From: an uncultured Acidobacteriota bacterium
GTDB taxonomy: Bacteria > Acidobacteriota > Thermoanaerobaculia > Multivoradales > UBA5704
Direction of reading: 5' to 3'
Length of the DNA: 64,000 nt
NCBI GenBank assembly: GCA_963770895.1
Contig: CAVYRF010000001.1
Coordinates: forward strand, 2,008,712 to 2,072,711
Numbering within the stretch: position 1 is the first letter of the stretch; each line of letters opens with the position of its first letter. The notes below the pieces were generated by a model. The model saw nothing but the letters and a program-made list of their open reading frames with translations. It was not told the origin of the DNA and ran no database searches. Both the position numbers and the translations under genes were made by a program. Positions 21,021 to 28,655 of this stretch are shown piece by piece.

Positions 21021-21115
21021 GGCCGCTATGGGCTGGGCTGCAGCTTAAGGCGTCCCTGCGCCCACCCGATCTCCTTCGAGTCTCCTGCCTCGCGCGCACC
21101 GCGGCCCCCGTGCGC
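21021..21115 (+). repeat. Repeat R, copy B (truncated; first ~95 bp of part B)
   Basis: GGCCGCTATGGGCTGGGCTGCAGCTTAAGGCGTCCCTGCGCCCACCCGATCTCCTTCGAGTCTCCTGCCTCGCGCGCACCGCGGCCCCCGTGCGC matches the other copies, then diverges. Confidence 0.85.
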
Positions 21116-21242
21116 GCGGATCGTAGCCGGCGAGGGCGGCGGCGGCAAAGGATGGCATTTCGGCCTGTGACGGACCGGTGACGCCTGTCCCCGACTACGT
21201 CCACACGGCAACATAGTAAGTAGTGGAAGAAAGGGGAAAGTG

Positions 21243-22370
21243 ATGAAGCGTCCAATGGGCCGAGCTGCTTTGGCTTTGACGGTCCTCACCTGTCTTTCGA
21301 TGTGCGCCATCGCCTGGTGCCTGGAGGGCCAATCTCCGATGGCCCTCCGCATCCTGTCCACGCAGGAAGTCTCCGCACAACCCAGCCCGCCGTTGACGGT
21401 GCGCTGGGCAACCGACGACACGATCTATCTAAGCCGCCTTCATCATGGGGTGGCGGAAGTGACGCTGGACGGCAAGCTGACGGTCCTTCGCCAGCCGATT
21501 CCGGATCGCGAGACACTTCACGCTCATTTCCCGATGATGGAACGATTGGCGGTGTCGCCCCAATATGTCGCCGTCTCCTCGCTCATGGCGGACTATGGCT
21601 TCCGCCCGCGCGTCGCCACCCAGGGCGCCTACGGCTTCACTCACCTTGAGCTCTGGTCCGTCTACGGGTTCGATCTAGCGGGCGACCGCCTGCTTTTCCT
21701 GGGCGATCCGGTGCGCAGAGAAGCGGCCAGTTGGGAAGATTCAAAGGGGGGTATTGCGTGGATCGGCCCCGTAAGCGCTTACCCCGCAAGGGACCTGAAG
21801 CCCTTTCTTTTTGACGTGCCGGGTGCGCCGTCGCACGGCCTCTTCCATTGCATGAGCCTGGAGTTAGGGGCCGTGCGCTTCCTGCCCGACGGGTCCTATC
21901 TGGTCGTCCCCGGCTTCAAAGACGGCGTCTACCTGTACAGCCCCGGAGGCACGCTGCTCCGCACTTGGAAAAATGAAGCCGTCGGCTTTGACGCGCCCGA
22001 TTGTGCGGGCATGGATGAGAAGCAAATGGGCGAGTTCAACGGCTCCTATCCGGCGCGCTTTGACTTCCTCAACCGCCATCGGGTCCTGGACGAAATCCTG
22101 CCTCTCCAAGAGGGCCCCGGCCTGCTGATCCGATCCGTAGCGGATGGCAAGGTCGAATGGACCCTCAACGCCCTGCATGGGGATCAGATGGTGAAATACG
22201 CTGTCCCAATTTCCGGAGACCTCCCCTACGATCGGCTGCGCGCCGATGCCCGGGGCGGGCGCTTGGTCTTTCTTCGCACCTGGCACGGCTACGGCCCCGC
22301 CGCGGCCCATCGTCCGGGCTATCTCTATACAGCGGAACTGGCACCTGCGCGCCCTGCGGTGGTGCAATGA
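21243..22370 (+). CDS. Secreted hypothetical protein, 375 aa (cassette 2, paralog of 19264-20397)
   Basis: Same RBS/start context as cassette 1 (GGAAGAAAGGGGAAAGTGATGAAGCGTCC). Signal-like N-terminus. Collinear similarity to cassette 1 along the full length. Confidence 0.85.
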   Translation: MKRPMGRAALALTVLTCLSMCAIAWCLEGQSPMALRILSTQEVSAQPSPPLTVRWATDDTIYLSRLHHGVAEVTLDGKLTVLRQPIPDRETLHAHFPMMERLAVSPQYVAVSSLMADYGFRPRVATQGAYGFTHLELWSVYGFDLAGDRLLFLGDPVRREAASWEDSKGGIAWIGPVSAYPARDLKPFLFDVPGAPSHGLFHCMSLELGAVRFLPDGSYLVVPGFKDGVYLYSPGGTLLRTWKNEAVGFDAPDCAGMDEKQMGEFNGSYPARFDFLNRHRVLDEILPLQEGPGLLIRSVADGKVEWTLNALHGDQMVKYAVPISGDLPYDRLRADARGGRLVFLRTWHGYGPAAAHRPGYLYTAELAPARPAVVQ

Positions 22371-22707
22371 ATCGCGTCTGGTTGCGTCGCTTCGGCCAGG
22401 TGGGTGTCCTGGCCCTGACGCTCACTTTCCGTCTCGGCCTCTCCTCGGCCCCCGAGGCAGGCGCCACCGCGAGTGGTTGCGGGTTGTGGGGAAACAACCG
22501 GACGCCTGAGGCGCGCCGCCGCCAGACGCGCCGCCGCCGGATAGCCCTGGCGATGGTGGAGGAGGCGATGGAGGTGGGGGCGGGGATTGCCTGCCTCCGG
22601 AGTGCCACGAGGCCGACCTCGTGCCCAGGTTCGCCGTGACTTCGGCGCAGCGACAGCCGGCGACGAATCTTTGGTTGTCTTTGGTGCCTGTGCCCTTCCA
22701 CCAATAG
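22367..22707 (+). pseudogene. Decayed copy of the small Cys-rich partner gene (cassette 2)
   Basis: Start is ATGA-coupled, as in cassette 1. The signal peptide and ASGCGLWG are in frame 0. The GAPPPDAPPPDSPGDGGGGDGGGGGDCLPPECHEAD...NLWL part (22510-22707) sits in another frame behind an in-frame TGA (22507-22509). The central Cys-rich block is absent. Confidence 0.7.
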
Positions 22708-22904
22708 GCGAAGAGGTAGAAGCCCCGGTCGGAGGTGGCGAGCCGCGGGCGAAAGAGCGGGCCTTCGGTCAGGCCTGGAGGGCGCTGCGGCCGGCGGCTC
22801 ACCAACCGACCTCGACCCCCTACCCAGCCAGGGCGGGTGGGGGAACTCGGCAGGCCACGGGGGACTGTCGTAGGGCATTACAGCGCCCGCGGCAGCCGGT
22901 TAGT

Positions 22905-24146
22905 TTAGGACGTGCTGCGCTCTTCCGTGTCCTGGGCGGCGGCTTCAGTGCTCACCTGTGGCACCGGCTTCCATCGCTCGTCCAGCTGATCCCAGGAGAT
23001 CTCCCATACCGGCTCGCCCAGCCCACGACCAGCGATGTAAAGGCCGCTGTGGCCGGCGGCGACGGAAAGGCGGCGGTTGCCCGAGGAGATTTCGCCCAGC
23101 AGCACGCGGTTCAGCTGTTGGGCGGTATGGTCCCAGCAGTCCACGGCCAGTCCCTGAGAGGTCTCCACCACGAGATAGACGCGGTTACCCTGTGCGGTCA
23201 TGCCGCGTACCACCCGCACCGCCTGCGAGGCACCCAGCGCAGCGCGGTCGAGCTTGATCCCTTCGGCCTGCGCCCGCTTTTCCATTGCTTGCCACTCGTC
23301 CGCGGAGCGTTCAGCCCAGCGCACCTGGCCGCCGCCCACCGTCACCGACTCCTTGACAGCGCCGGCGGCTGAATACATCTTCAGCGCGTAGGCATTTTGC
23401 TGTGCTACCCAGATCGCACCGTCGCGGCCGGCTGTAAGCCGAGTGTCGCGTTCGGCCTTGGTTTTGAGGAACGAGCCGGGGGAAGGGAGATCCGTGCTTT
23501 TGTTCTGGTCAAAGCGCAGCGATGGCTGCACTGCCAGGGTTCGCCAGCCCTGATCGTCGAACTGCAAAAGCAACGGTGGCGTGTCCCAGGTCGGGTCCTT
23601 GAAGTTCGAGGATGCGCCGGCGTTCCGGTTGCTGTCGCGCGCCGGTACCACCGCCACGACAGGACCGCTTCTGGTATACGTCAGCGCCGAAATCATCCAG
23701 CCCGCCGCCGGCACTGGCCGGCGTTCGTTACCCCGCAACAGCGATAGATGGCCGTCCGGCGCACTTTCCAGGAGCCAAGCATCGCCGTCCGGGCTCATCG
23801 CCGCATCAGCCACCCAATCCACCGCCACTGCACCCCCGGCAGGCACCGCAGCATGCGCAACCACGATCTTGCCAGAAGGCAGGATCTGGTCGATCTGCAG
23901 GCGATCGCCATGCAGCAGAAAGACCCGCCCTTCGGTGTCCGCCTGCATGAACTGCAACGCCTGGTTGTTTTCAAGCGCCGGATCGCCACCGATCTTGACC
24001 GGCGCCACACGGTGAAACGAACCCGCGGCTCCCGAGTCCGTGGCTCCCACCGCGGGGAGGGCGATCAGCAGCAACCCGAACCCTATCCTTGTCCACCCAA
24101 TGGTGCTGTTCTGGCAGCGCACAGGACGATCGCTCTGTTTATTCAT
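22905..24146 (-). CDS. Secreted hypothetical protein, 413 aa (paralog of 32664-33815)
   Basis: ATG at 24146 gives MNKQSDRPVRCQNSTIGWTRIGFGLLLIALPAVGA (signal-like). The 52 codons upstream in the track ORF belong to a gene remnant. Shares blocks with the 383-aa paralog (AIWVAQQNAYALKMYS vs ALWSASQNSYRLQKLS). Confidence 0.8.
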   Translation of the reverse strand: MNKQSDRPVRCQNSTIGWTRIGFGLLLIALPAVGATDSGAAGSFHRVAPVKIGGDPALENNQALQFMQADTEGRVFLLHGDRLQIDQILPSGKIVVAHAAVPAGGAVAVDWVADAAMSPDGDAWLLESAPDGHLSLLRGNERRPVPAAGWMISALTYTRSGPVVAVVPARDSNRNAGASSNFKDPTWDTPPLLLQFDDQGWRTLAVQPSLRFDQNKSTDLPSPGSFLKTKAERDTRLTAGRDGAIWVAQQNAYALKMYSAAGAVKESVTVGGGQVRWAERSADEWQAMEKRAQAEGIKLDRAALGASQAVRVVRGMTAQGNRVYLVVETSQGLAVDCWDHTAQQLNRVLLGEISSGNRRLSVAAGHSGLYIAGRGLGEPVWEISWDQLDERWKPVPQVSTEAAAQDTEERSTS

Positions 24147-24156
24147 ATGGGGCCAG

Positions 24157-24308
24157 AGGCTAGGCCTAAAAGAGCGGCTTACCGTCCGCGGTTGCGTCCT
24201 GCACGGGCTTCCAATGCGCAACCGCCAGGGGTTTTCAACGGGAATCCGCCAAATCCCATCTGTTGCGAGCCGCCCACCAAGCCAGAGCTGATCCGGCGCC
24301 ACCGCGGC
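24157..24308 (-). pseudogene. 3'-terminal fragment of a third paralog of the 383/413-aa secreted protein family
   Basis: ~150 bp nearly identical to 32655-32805, the 3' end of the 32664-33815 gene. It encodes ...APDQLWLGGRLA[TA]DGIWRIPVE... and keeps the TAG stop (24166-24168). It has a 1-nt indel and no 5' part. Confidence 0.8.
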
Positions 24309-24436
24309 TCAGCCGCCCGGTTGTTCCCTATAGGTTGTGTTGCCGCAAGGCGCAAATTACGGACATGGCCTCGGCGAGCGGCTGTGCGCTCAGATCGTTG
24401 CGCTGGGGTGGGCCGCAGGCCGCAATATGTGCTGGG
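24301..24436 (+). repeat. Repeat R, copy C, left half (part A), separated from its right half by the transposon
   Basis: Matches 33931-34070 of the uninterrupted copy, up to and including CTGGG (24432-24436). Confidence 0.9.
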
Positions 24437-24461
24437 TGAGAGCGGTCGCGGTAAACGATGG
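24437..24461 (+). repeat. Transposon left terminal inverted repeat
   Basis: TGAGAGCGGTCGCGGTAAACGATGG. Further ACCATC/GATGG-containing subterminal motifs occur at ~24486-24500 and ~24519-24532. Confidence 0.9.
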
Positions 24462-24597
24462 AAGGCGGGCGTTGGTTGATCAAGATAAGCGATGGTCGTG
24501 GGGTGGCGACCATCAAGTAGCGTGATCGGCAGGGTAGGTCAGCATCATCGGCGCCCGCAGGGCGCCATCCGCTCAAAACAAGGAAGCCCTCCAGGGG

Positions 24598-25242
24598 TTG
24601 ACGCCACCCCCGGAGGGCTTGTCTGCTTTCGTTGTCGACGCGAAAGGAGACGATCCCTTGTACCAGACCTTGCTGCGAGATTCCAGCTTGTTCGAGCTAC
24701 TGCTGCGCTTCGACGCCGATCTGGCGGCAATGGTTCGCGAGGGCGGATGCGCCGTCTGCGGAGGGGCGCTGCACAGCGCTCGCTACCGGCGCAAGCCACG
24801 GGGCGGTCCCCTGGGGCTCGGGGCCGAGTACGCCTTGCGGCAGAGCTTCTGCTGCGCCACCGAGGGCTGCCGGCGGCGAGCGACGCCACCGTCGGTACGG
24901 TTCCTCGGCCGCAAGGTGTTCTTCGGTCTCTGGGTGCTGCTGCTGCCGGTGCTTCGGGAAGGGCCGACAGCCGAGCGCCTGCACCGTCTGGAGGAGGTTT
25001 TTAGAGTGAGCCGGCGGACCCTGTTGCGCTGGCGGCGGTGGTGGCGCGAGGTCGTGCCACGGAGCCGATTCTGGCAGTCGCGGCGCGGCGACTGGGCTTC
25101 GCCAGTGCCGCCGGCGGCGCTACCGAGCTCCCTGCTGGCCGGGTTCGAGCACCTTGCCGGGATCGCCGAGCAGGCGTTGTCGGCGCTGCGCTGGCTGGCG
25201 CCGCTCGGCGCCACCGGCAGCTTCTTGGATCACGCTCGGTGA
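24598..25242 (+). CDS. Transposon ORF1: Cys-rich (zinc-ribbon-like) hypothetical protein
   Basis: Contains CAVCGG...FCCATEGC cysteine clusters. The TTG at 24658, preceded by AAAGGAGA, is a more convincing start than TTG 24598. No family was recognised. Confidence 0.6.
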   Translation: MTPPPEGLSAFVVDAKGDDPLYQTLLRDSSLFELLLRFDADLAAMVREGGCAVCGGALHSARYRRKPRGGPLGLGAEYALRQSFCCATEGCRRRATPPSVRFLGRKVFFGLWVLLLPVLREGPTAERLHRLEEVFRVSRRTLLRWRRWWREVVPRSRFWQSRRGDWASPVPPAALPSSLLAGFEHLAGIAEQALSALRWLAPLGATGSFLDHAR

Positions 25243-25350
25243 GGTCCGACGCCGACCCGCAGAAGATGCGTCTGGCGGTCGTCGGGCAACCGCCGTAGCC
25301 TCGGCTTCGCCGGCGAGAAACCCCAGGACGCCGGTTCCGGGAGGCGCGCG

Positions 25351-26805
25351 ATGCCGCACGAGCACGAGGTGCGCTCTCACGAGCGCTGGGCGCATCTGCG
25401 CTTTGCTGTTGTCGGGCCGCTGCTGGCCTCGCCGCCGGCAGCCGGCGAGCTCCAGACGGAGCTGTCCCGTCTGGCGTCGAGACTCTGGCAGCATCCGGTC
25501 TCCGGTCAGCCGGTGCGCTTTGCCGTCTCGACGATCGAGCGCTGGTACTACCAGGCCCGACACGGCAACGACCCGGTGGCCGTCTTGCGCCGCAAGATCC
25601 GCAGCGACAGCGGCCAGCAGCAGGCCCTCAGCGCTGAGCTCGGAGAGGCGCTGCGACGCCAGCATGCAGCCCATCCGAGCTGGAGCTACCAGCTGCACCT
25701 CGACAATCTGGCCGTCCTGGTCGCCGAGCAGTCGAACTGGGGTCCACTGCCGTCCTACGCCAGCCTGCGGCGCTACATGGTGGTGCATGGCTGGCTGCGA
25801 CGCCGGCGAGTGCCGCGTGGCCAGCGCCCGGGAGAGCGCCTGGCCGAAGAGCGCCGAGAGGCGCGCGAGACGCGCAGCTACGAGGCTGAGTACGTCGGCG
25901 GCCTCTGGCATCTGGACTTCCATCACGGATCGCTGAAGATCCTCAATGCGCAGGGCGAGTGGGTGCAGCCGGTGCTGCTGGCGATCCTCGACGATCGATC
26001 GCGACTGCTCTGCCACGCCCAGTGGTATCTGAGCGAAACCGCCGCGAGTCTGGTGCACGGCCTGGTGCAGGCCTTTCAAAAGCGCGGTCTGCCGCGGGCG
26101 CTGCTGACCGACAACGGCGGCCCGATGCTTGCGGCCGAAACCACCCAAGGTCTACAACGCCTCGCCGTCGTCCACTCCACCACGCTCTCGTACTCCCCGC
26201 ATCAGAACGGCAAGCAAGAGGTGTTCTGGGTGCAGGTCGAAGGCCGGCTGCTGGCCATGCTCGAAGATCAGCCTGACCTGACGCTGGGCCTGCTCAACGA
26301 GGCCACGCTCGCCTGGGTGGAGATGGAGTACCAGCGGACCCGGCACTCCGAGACCGGCCAGGCCCCGCTGACGCGCTGGCTCGATGGCCCCACGGTGATC
26401 CGTCCTTGTCCAGAGACCAACGACCTCCGCTTCGCCTTCACCGCTGCGGCCGAACGCACTCAGCGTCAGAGCGACGGCACCCTCAGCCTCGACGGCACCC
26501 GCTTCGAGGTCCCCGGCCGCTTTCGCCACCTGCGGCGGCTGGCGCTACGGTATGCGAGCTGGGATCTGCGCTCGGTCTGGCTCGTCGACCCACGCACCGG
26601 CGTCGCTCTCGAGCGGCTCTATCCTCTCGACCGCACCCGAAACTCCGAGGGCGTAAGACGCCCGCTCGCACCGCCGTCGCTACCGACCGCGGAGATCACT
26701 GCCCAGCCCGGCGGCATCGCGCCGCTGCTGCGCCAGCTCATGGCCGACTACGCCGCCACCGGCCTGCCTCCCGCTTACATCGCCTACGACGAGGAGCACA
26801 CATGA
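25351..26805 (+). CDS. DDE transposase, rve/Mu-A/TniA type, 484 aa
   Basis: The catalytic triad is readable: WHLDFH, LLTDNGG, then NGKQE with exactly 35 residues between the second D and the E. N-terminal HTH-like region. C-terminal Mu-transposase-like beta domain (LSLDGTRFEVP). Confidence 0.92.
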   Translation: MPHEHEVRSHERWAHLRFAVVGPLLASPPAAGELQTELSRLASRLWQHPVSGQPVRFAVSTIERWYYQARHGNDPVAVLRRKIRSDSGQQQALSAELGEALRRQHAAHPSWSYQLHLDNLAVLVAEQSNWGPLPSYASLRRYMVVHGWLRRRRVPRGQRPGERLAEERREARETRSYEAEYVGGLWHLDFHHGSLKILNAQGEWVQPVLLAILDDRSRLLCHAQWYLSETAASLVHGLVQAFQKRGLPRALLTDNGGPMLAAETTQGLQRLAVVHSTTLSYSPHQNGKQEVFWVQVEGRLLAMLEDQPDLTLGLLNEATLAWVEMEYQRTRHSETGQAPLTRWLDGPTVIRPCPETNDLRFAFTAAAERTQRQSDGTLSLDGTRFEVPGRFRHLRRLALRYASWDLRSVWLVDPRTGVALERLYPLDRTRNSEGVRRPLAPPSLPTAEITAQPGGIAPLLRQLMADYAATGLPPAYIAYDEEHT

Positions 26806-27662
26806 TGACCCGCAACCTGCTGGCCCTATTCGGCGTCAAGTGGAATCCGTTCTCACCCGACATTCCGATCGAGGCGCTTTGGCGCACCCCCAAGATCGAG
26901 CACTTCTGCTGGCGGCTCGAAAACCTGGCGCGCGAGGGCGGCTTCGCCCTGATCACCGGCGATCCCGGAACGGGCAAGTCCGTCGCCCTCCGCGCTCTCG
27001 CCCACCATCTCGCCGCGCTGCCCGACGTCACCATCGGTGTCCTCAGCCGGCCGCAGAGCGCTCTCGGTGACTTCTACCGCGAGATGGGACAGCTCTTCGG
27101 CCTCGCGCTCTCTCCCCACAACCGCTGGGGCGGCTTCAAGATCCTCCGGGAAAGCTGGCTTGCCCACGTCGAAGCCACCCGCTGCCGCCCCGTGCTGCTC
27201 GTCGACGAAGCTCAGGAGATGCCCGCTGCCGTCCTCGCCGAAATCCGCATCCTTGCCGCCACCGAGTTTGATTCGCGCTCGATCCTCACCGTCGTGCTCT
27301 GCGGCGACAGCCGCCTAACGCAACAATTCCGCAGTGATGAGCTGCTGCCCATCGCCAGCCGCATCCGCGCTCGCTTGACGCTCGACTATCTCACTCCCAA
27401 GGAGCTGCTCGATTGGCTCCAGCACGCCCTCGCCCAGGCCGGCAATCCCCAGCTGCTCACCTCCGAGGTCAAGACCACCTTGGCCGAACACGCGGCCGGC
27501 AACCTGCGCGTCCTCACCACCCTGGGCAATGAGCTGCTCGCACTCGCCGCTCACCGACAGCTCGCCCAGATCGATCAAAAACTCTATCTCGAAGTCTTCG
27601 CCTCGCAACCCCGACCCAAACTCAAAGCCCAAACCCCAGGCAGCAAGCACCCTCGCGCCTGA
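26802..27662 (+). CDS. AAA+ ATPase transposition helper (TniB/MuB/ExeA-like), 286 aa
   Basis: Walker A GDPGTGKS and Walker B LLVDEAQE. The ATG overlaps the transposase stop (ATGA). Confidence 0.9.
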   Translation: MMTRNLLALFGVKWNPFSPDIPIEALWRTPKIEHFCWRLENLAREGGFALITGDPGTGKSVALRALAHHLAALPDVTIGVLSRPQSALGDFYREMGQLFGLALSPHNRWGGFKILRESWLAHVEATRCRPVLLVDEAQEMPAAVLAEIRILAATEFDSRSILTVVLCGDSRLTQQFRSDELLPIASRIRARLTLDYLTPKELLDWLQHALAQAGNPQLLTSEVKTTLAEHAAGNLRVLTTLGNELLALAAHRQLAQIDQKLYLEVFASQPRPKLKAQTPGSKHPRA

Positions 27663-27705
27663 ACCTTGGCCGGCTCTCGGCTCTCCCGCCTTCCCGAGAA
27701 CCACC

Positions 27706-28053
27706 ATGCTCGCTGACGCCTATATCCGCTGCATACTCGACCTCTACCGCAGCACTCCCGATACCCCGGGGCGTGCCCGCCCCGCCGACCGCCAACTCGC
27801 CGCCTCACTCCACCAACTCGAAATCCCTCTCGATCTTGTCGCCGCCGCGCTCGTCCTTGCCACCGCCCGGCGCAGACACCGCCATCCCCAAACTCCGCCT
27901 CTTCGCCCAATACGCTCGCTTCACTACTTTCTGCCCGTCATCGACGAGCTGATCAACGATCCGCCTCCACGCGCATATTGCGACTACCTCCGCCGAAGGC
28001 TCGAAACCTCTGCCCCCAAACTCATCGCCACGATCGACCATCAAATACCATGA
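27706..28053 (+). CDS. Transposon ORF4: small hypothetical protein, 115 aa
   Basis: ATG 27706. Same strand as the transposition genes; it ends inside the right subterminal region. No motif was recognised. Confidence 0.5.
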   Translation: MLADAYIRCILDLYRSTPDTPGRARPADRQLAASLHQLEIPLDLVAAALVLATARRRHRHPQTPPLRPIRSLHYFLPVIDELINDPPPRAYCDYLRRRLETSAPKLIATIDHQIP

Positions 28054-28061
28054 CCGAACCG

Positions 28062-28086
28062 CCATCAAATACCGCGACCGCTCTCA
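28062..28086 (-). repeat. Transposon right terminal inverted repeat
   Basis: The reverse complement reads TGAGAGCGGTCGCGGTATTTGATGG. The CCATCAAATACC motif is repeated at 28039-28050 and 28062-28073. Confidence 0.9.
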
Positions 28087-28375
28087 CTGGGCCGCAGCTT
28101 AAGGCGTCCCTGCGCCCGCCCGATCTCCTTCGAGTTTCTTGCCTCGCGCGCACCGCGGCCCCCGTGCGCTTCGCACCCCTGCCGATAGCGGCCACTCCAT
28201 CCATCTGCCCTACCAGGGGAATTTGCCCACTCGACCGCGCACTCGCCAAACCCTGAGCCCGCGGTGCGCGCTCGCGCAACAGCCACCCCTTCGGACACGA
28301 ACCGGACCGGTTTGCTCCTCCTCACCCTACCCCTGGCGCTGGCCTCCCCGCCAGAACGTCACCGGCGTCGCCGAC
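28087..28375 (+). repeat. Repeat R, copy C, right half (part B)
   Basis: Starts with the duplicated CTGGG. Collinear with 18700-18977 and 34066-34365. Inverted pair at 28146-28158 / 28259-28271. Confidence 0.9.
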
Positions 28376-28655
28376 CAGACAGGAACCAGTTGCCACGCGG
28401 CAGGCTGCGCCCCCGCTACCTGCCTGCCGTAGCCCCCGCTAGCCCGGATCAGATATCCGCAAAATGGAAACTTCTTGGCAAAACCGGGGCACTGCTGGGC
28501 ATTCCAGGTAACCGACATTGCGCAAGCAAAGTGTTGGCGTAAAATCACCGGCGCTGACAGCGACAACGAATGTTTCCTCGAACGGCGACAGCCCCGCATG
28601 GGCGACCCAAAAATCTTCTGATGGTGACCACAAACCCGATTGCCGAGGTGCCCTG

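Larger units (their letters stand above)
24437..28086 (+). mobile_element. Complete 3650-bp DDE transposon (Mu/Tn552/Tn5053-like: transposase + AAA ATPase + 2 small ORFs)
   Basis: Ends are 5'-TG...CA-3'. Terminal inverted repeats are identical at 17/17 terminal bp and 22/25 overall. CTGGG flanks both ends (24432-24436 and 28087-28091). The empty-site equivalent, with a single CTGGG, is at 34066-34070. Confidence 0.93.

Noticed and set aside
22507-22509. TGA in the decayed small-partner gene as selenocysteine or programmed recoding
   Set aside because: A frame change is needed in addition to readthrough, and the Cys-rich block is deleted. Pseudogenisation or a sequencing indel is the simpler explanation.
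28470-28505. Sigma54-type promoter (GGCAC-N-GGCAT) upstream of regulator paralog 1
   Set aside because: The GG/GC spacing is off by one, and the -12 element does not match TTGC.
28518-28655. 46 extra N-terminal codons of regulator paralog 1 from the track ORF
   Set aside because: The region is low-GC with non-genic composition. The HTH begins right after ATG 28656, as it does in paralog 2.
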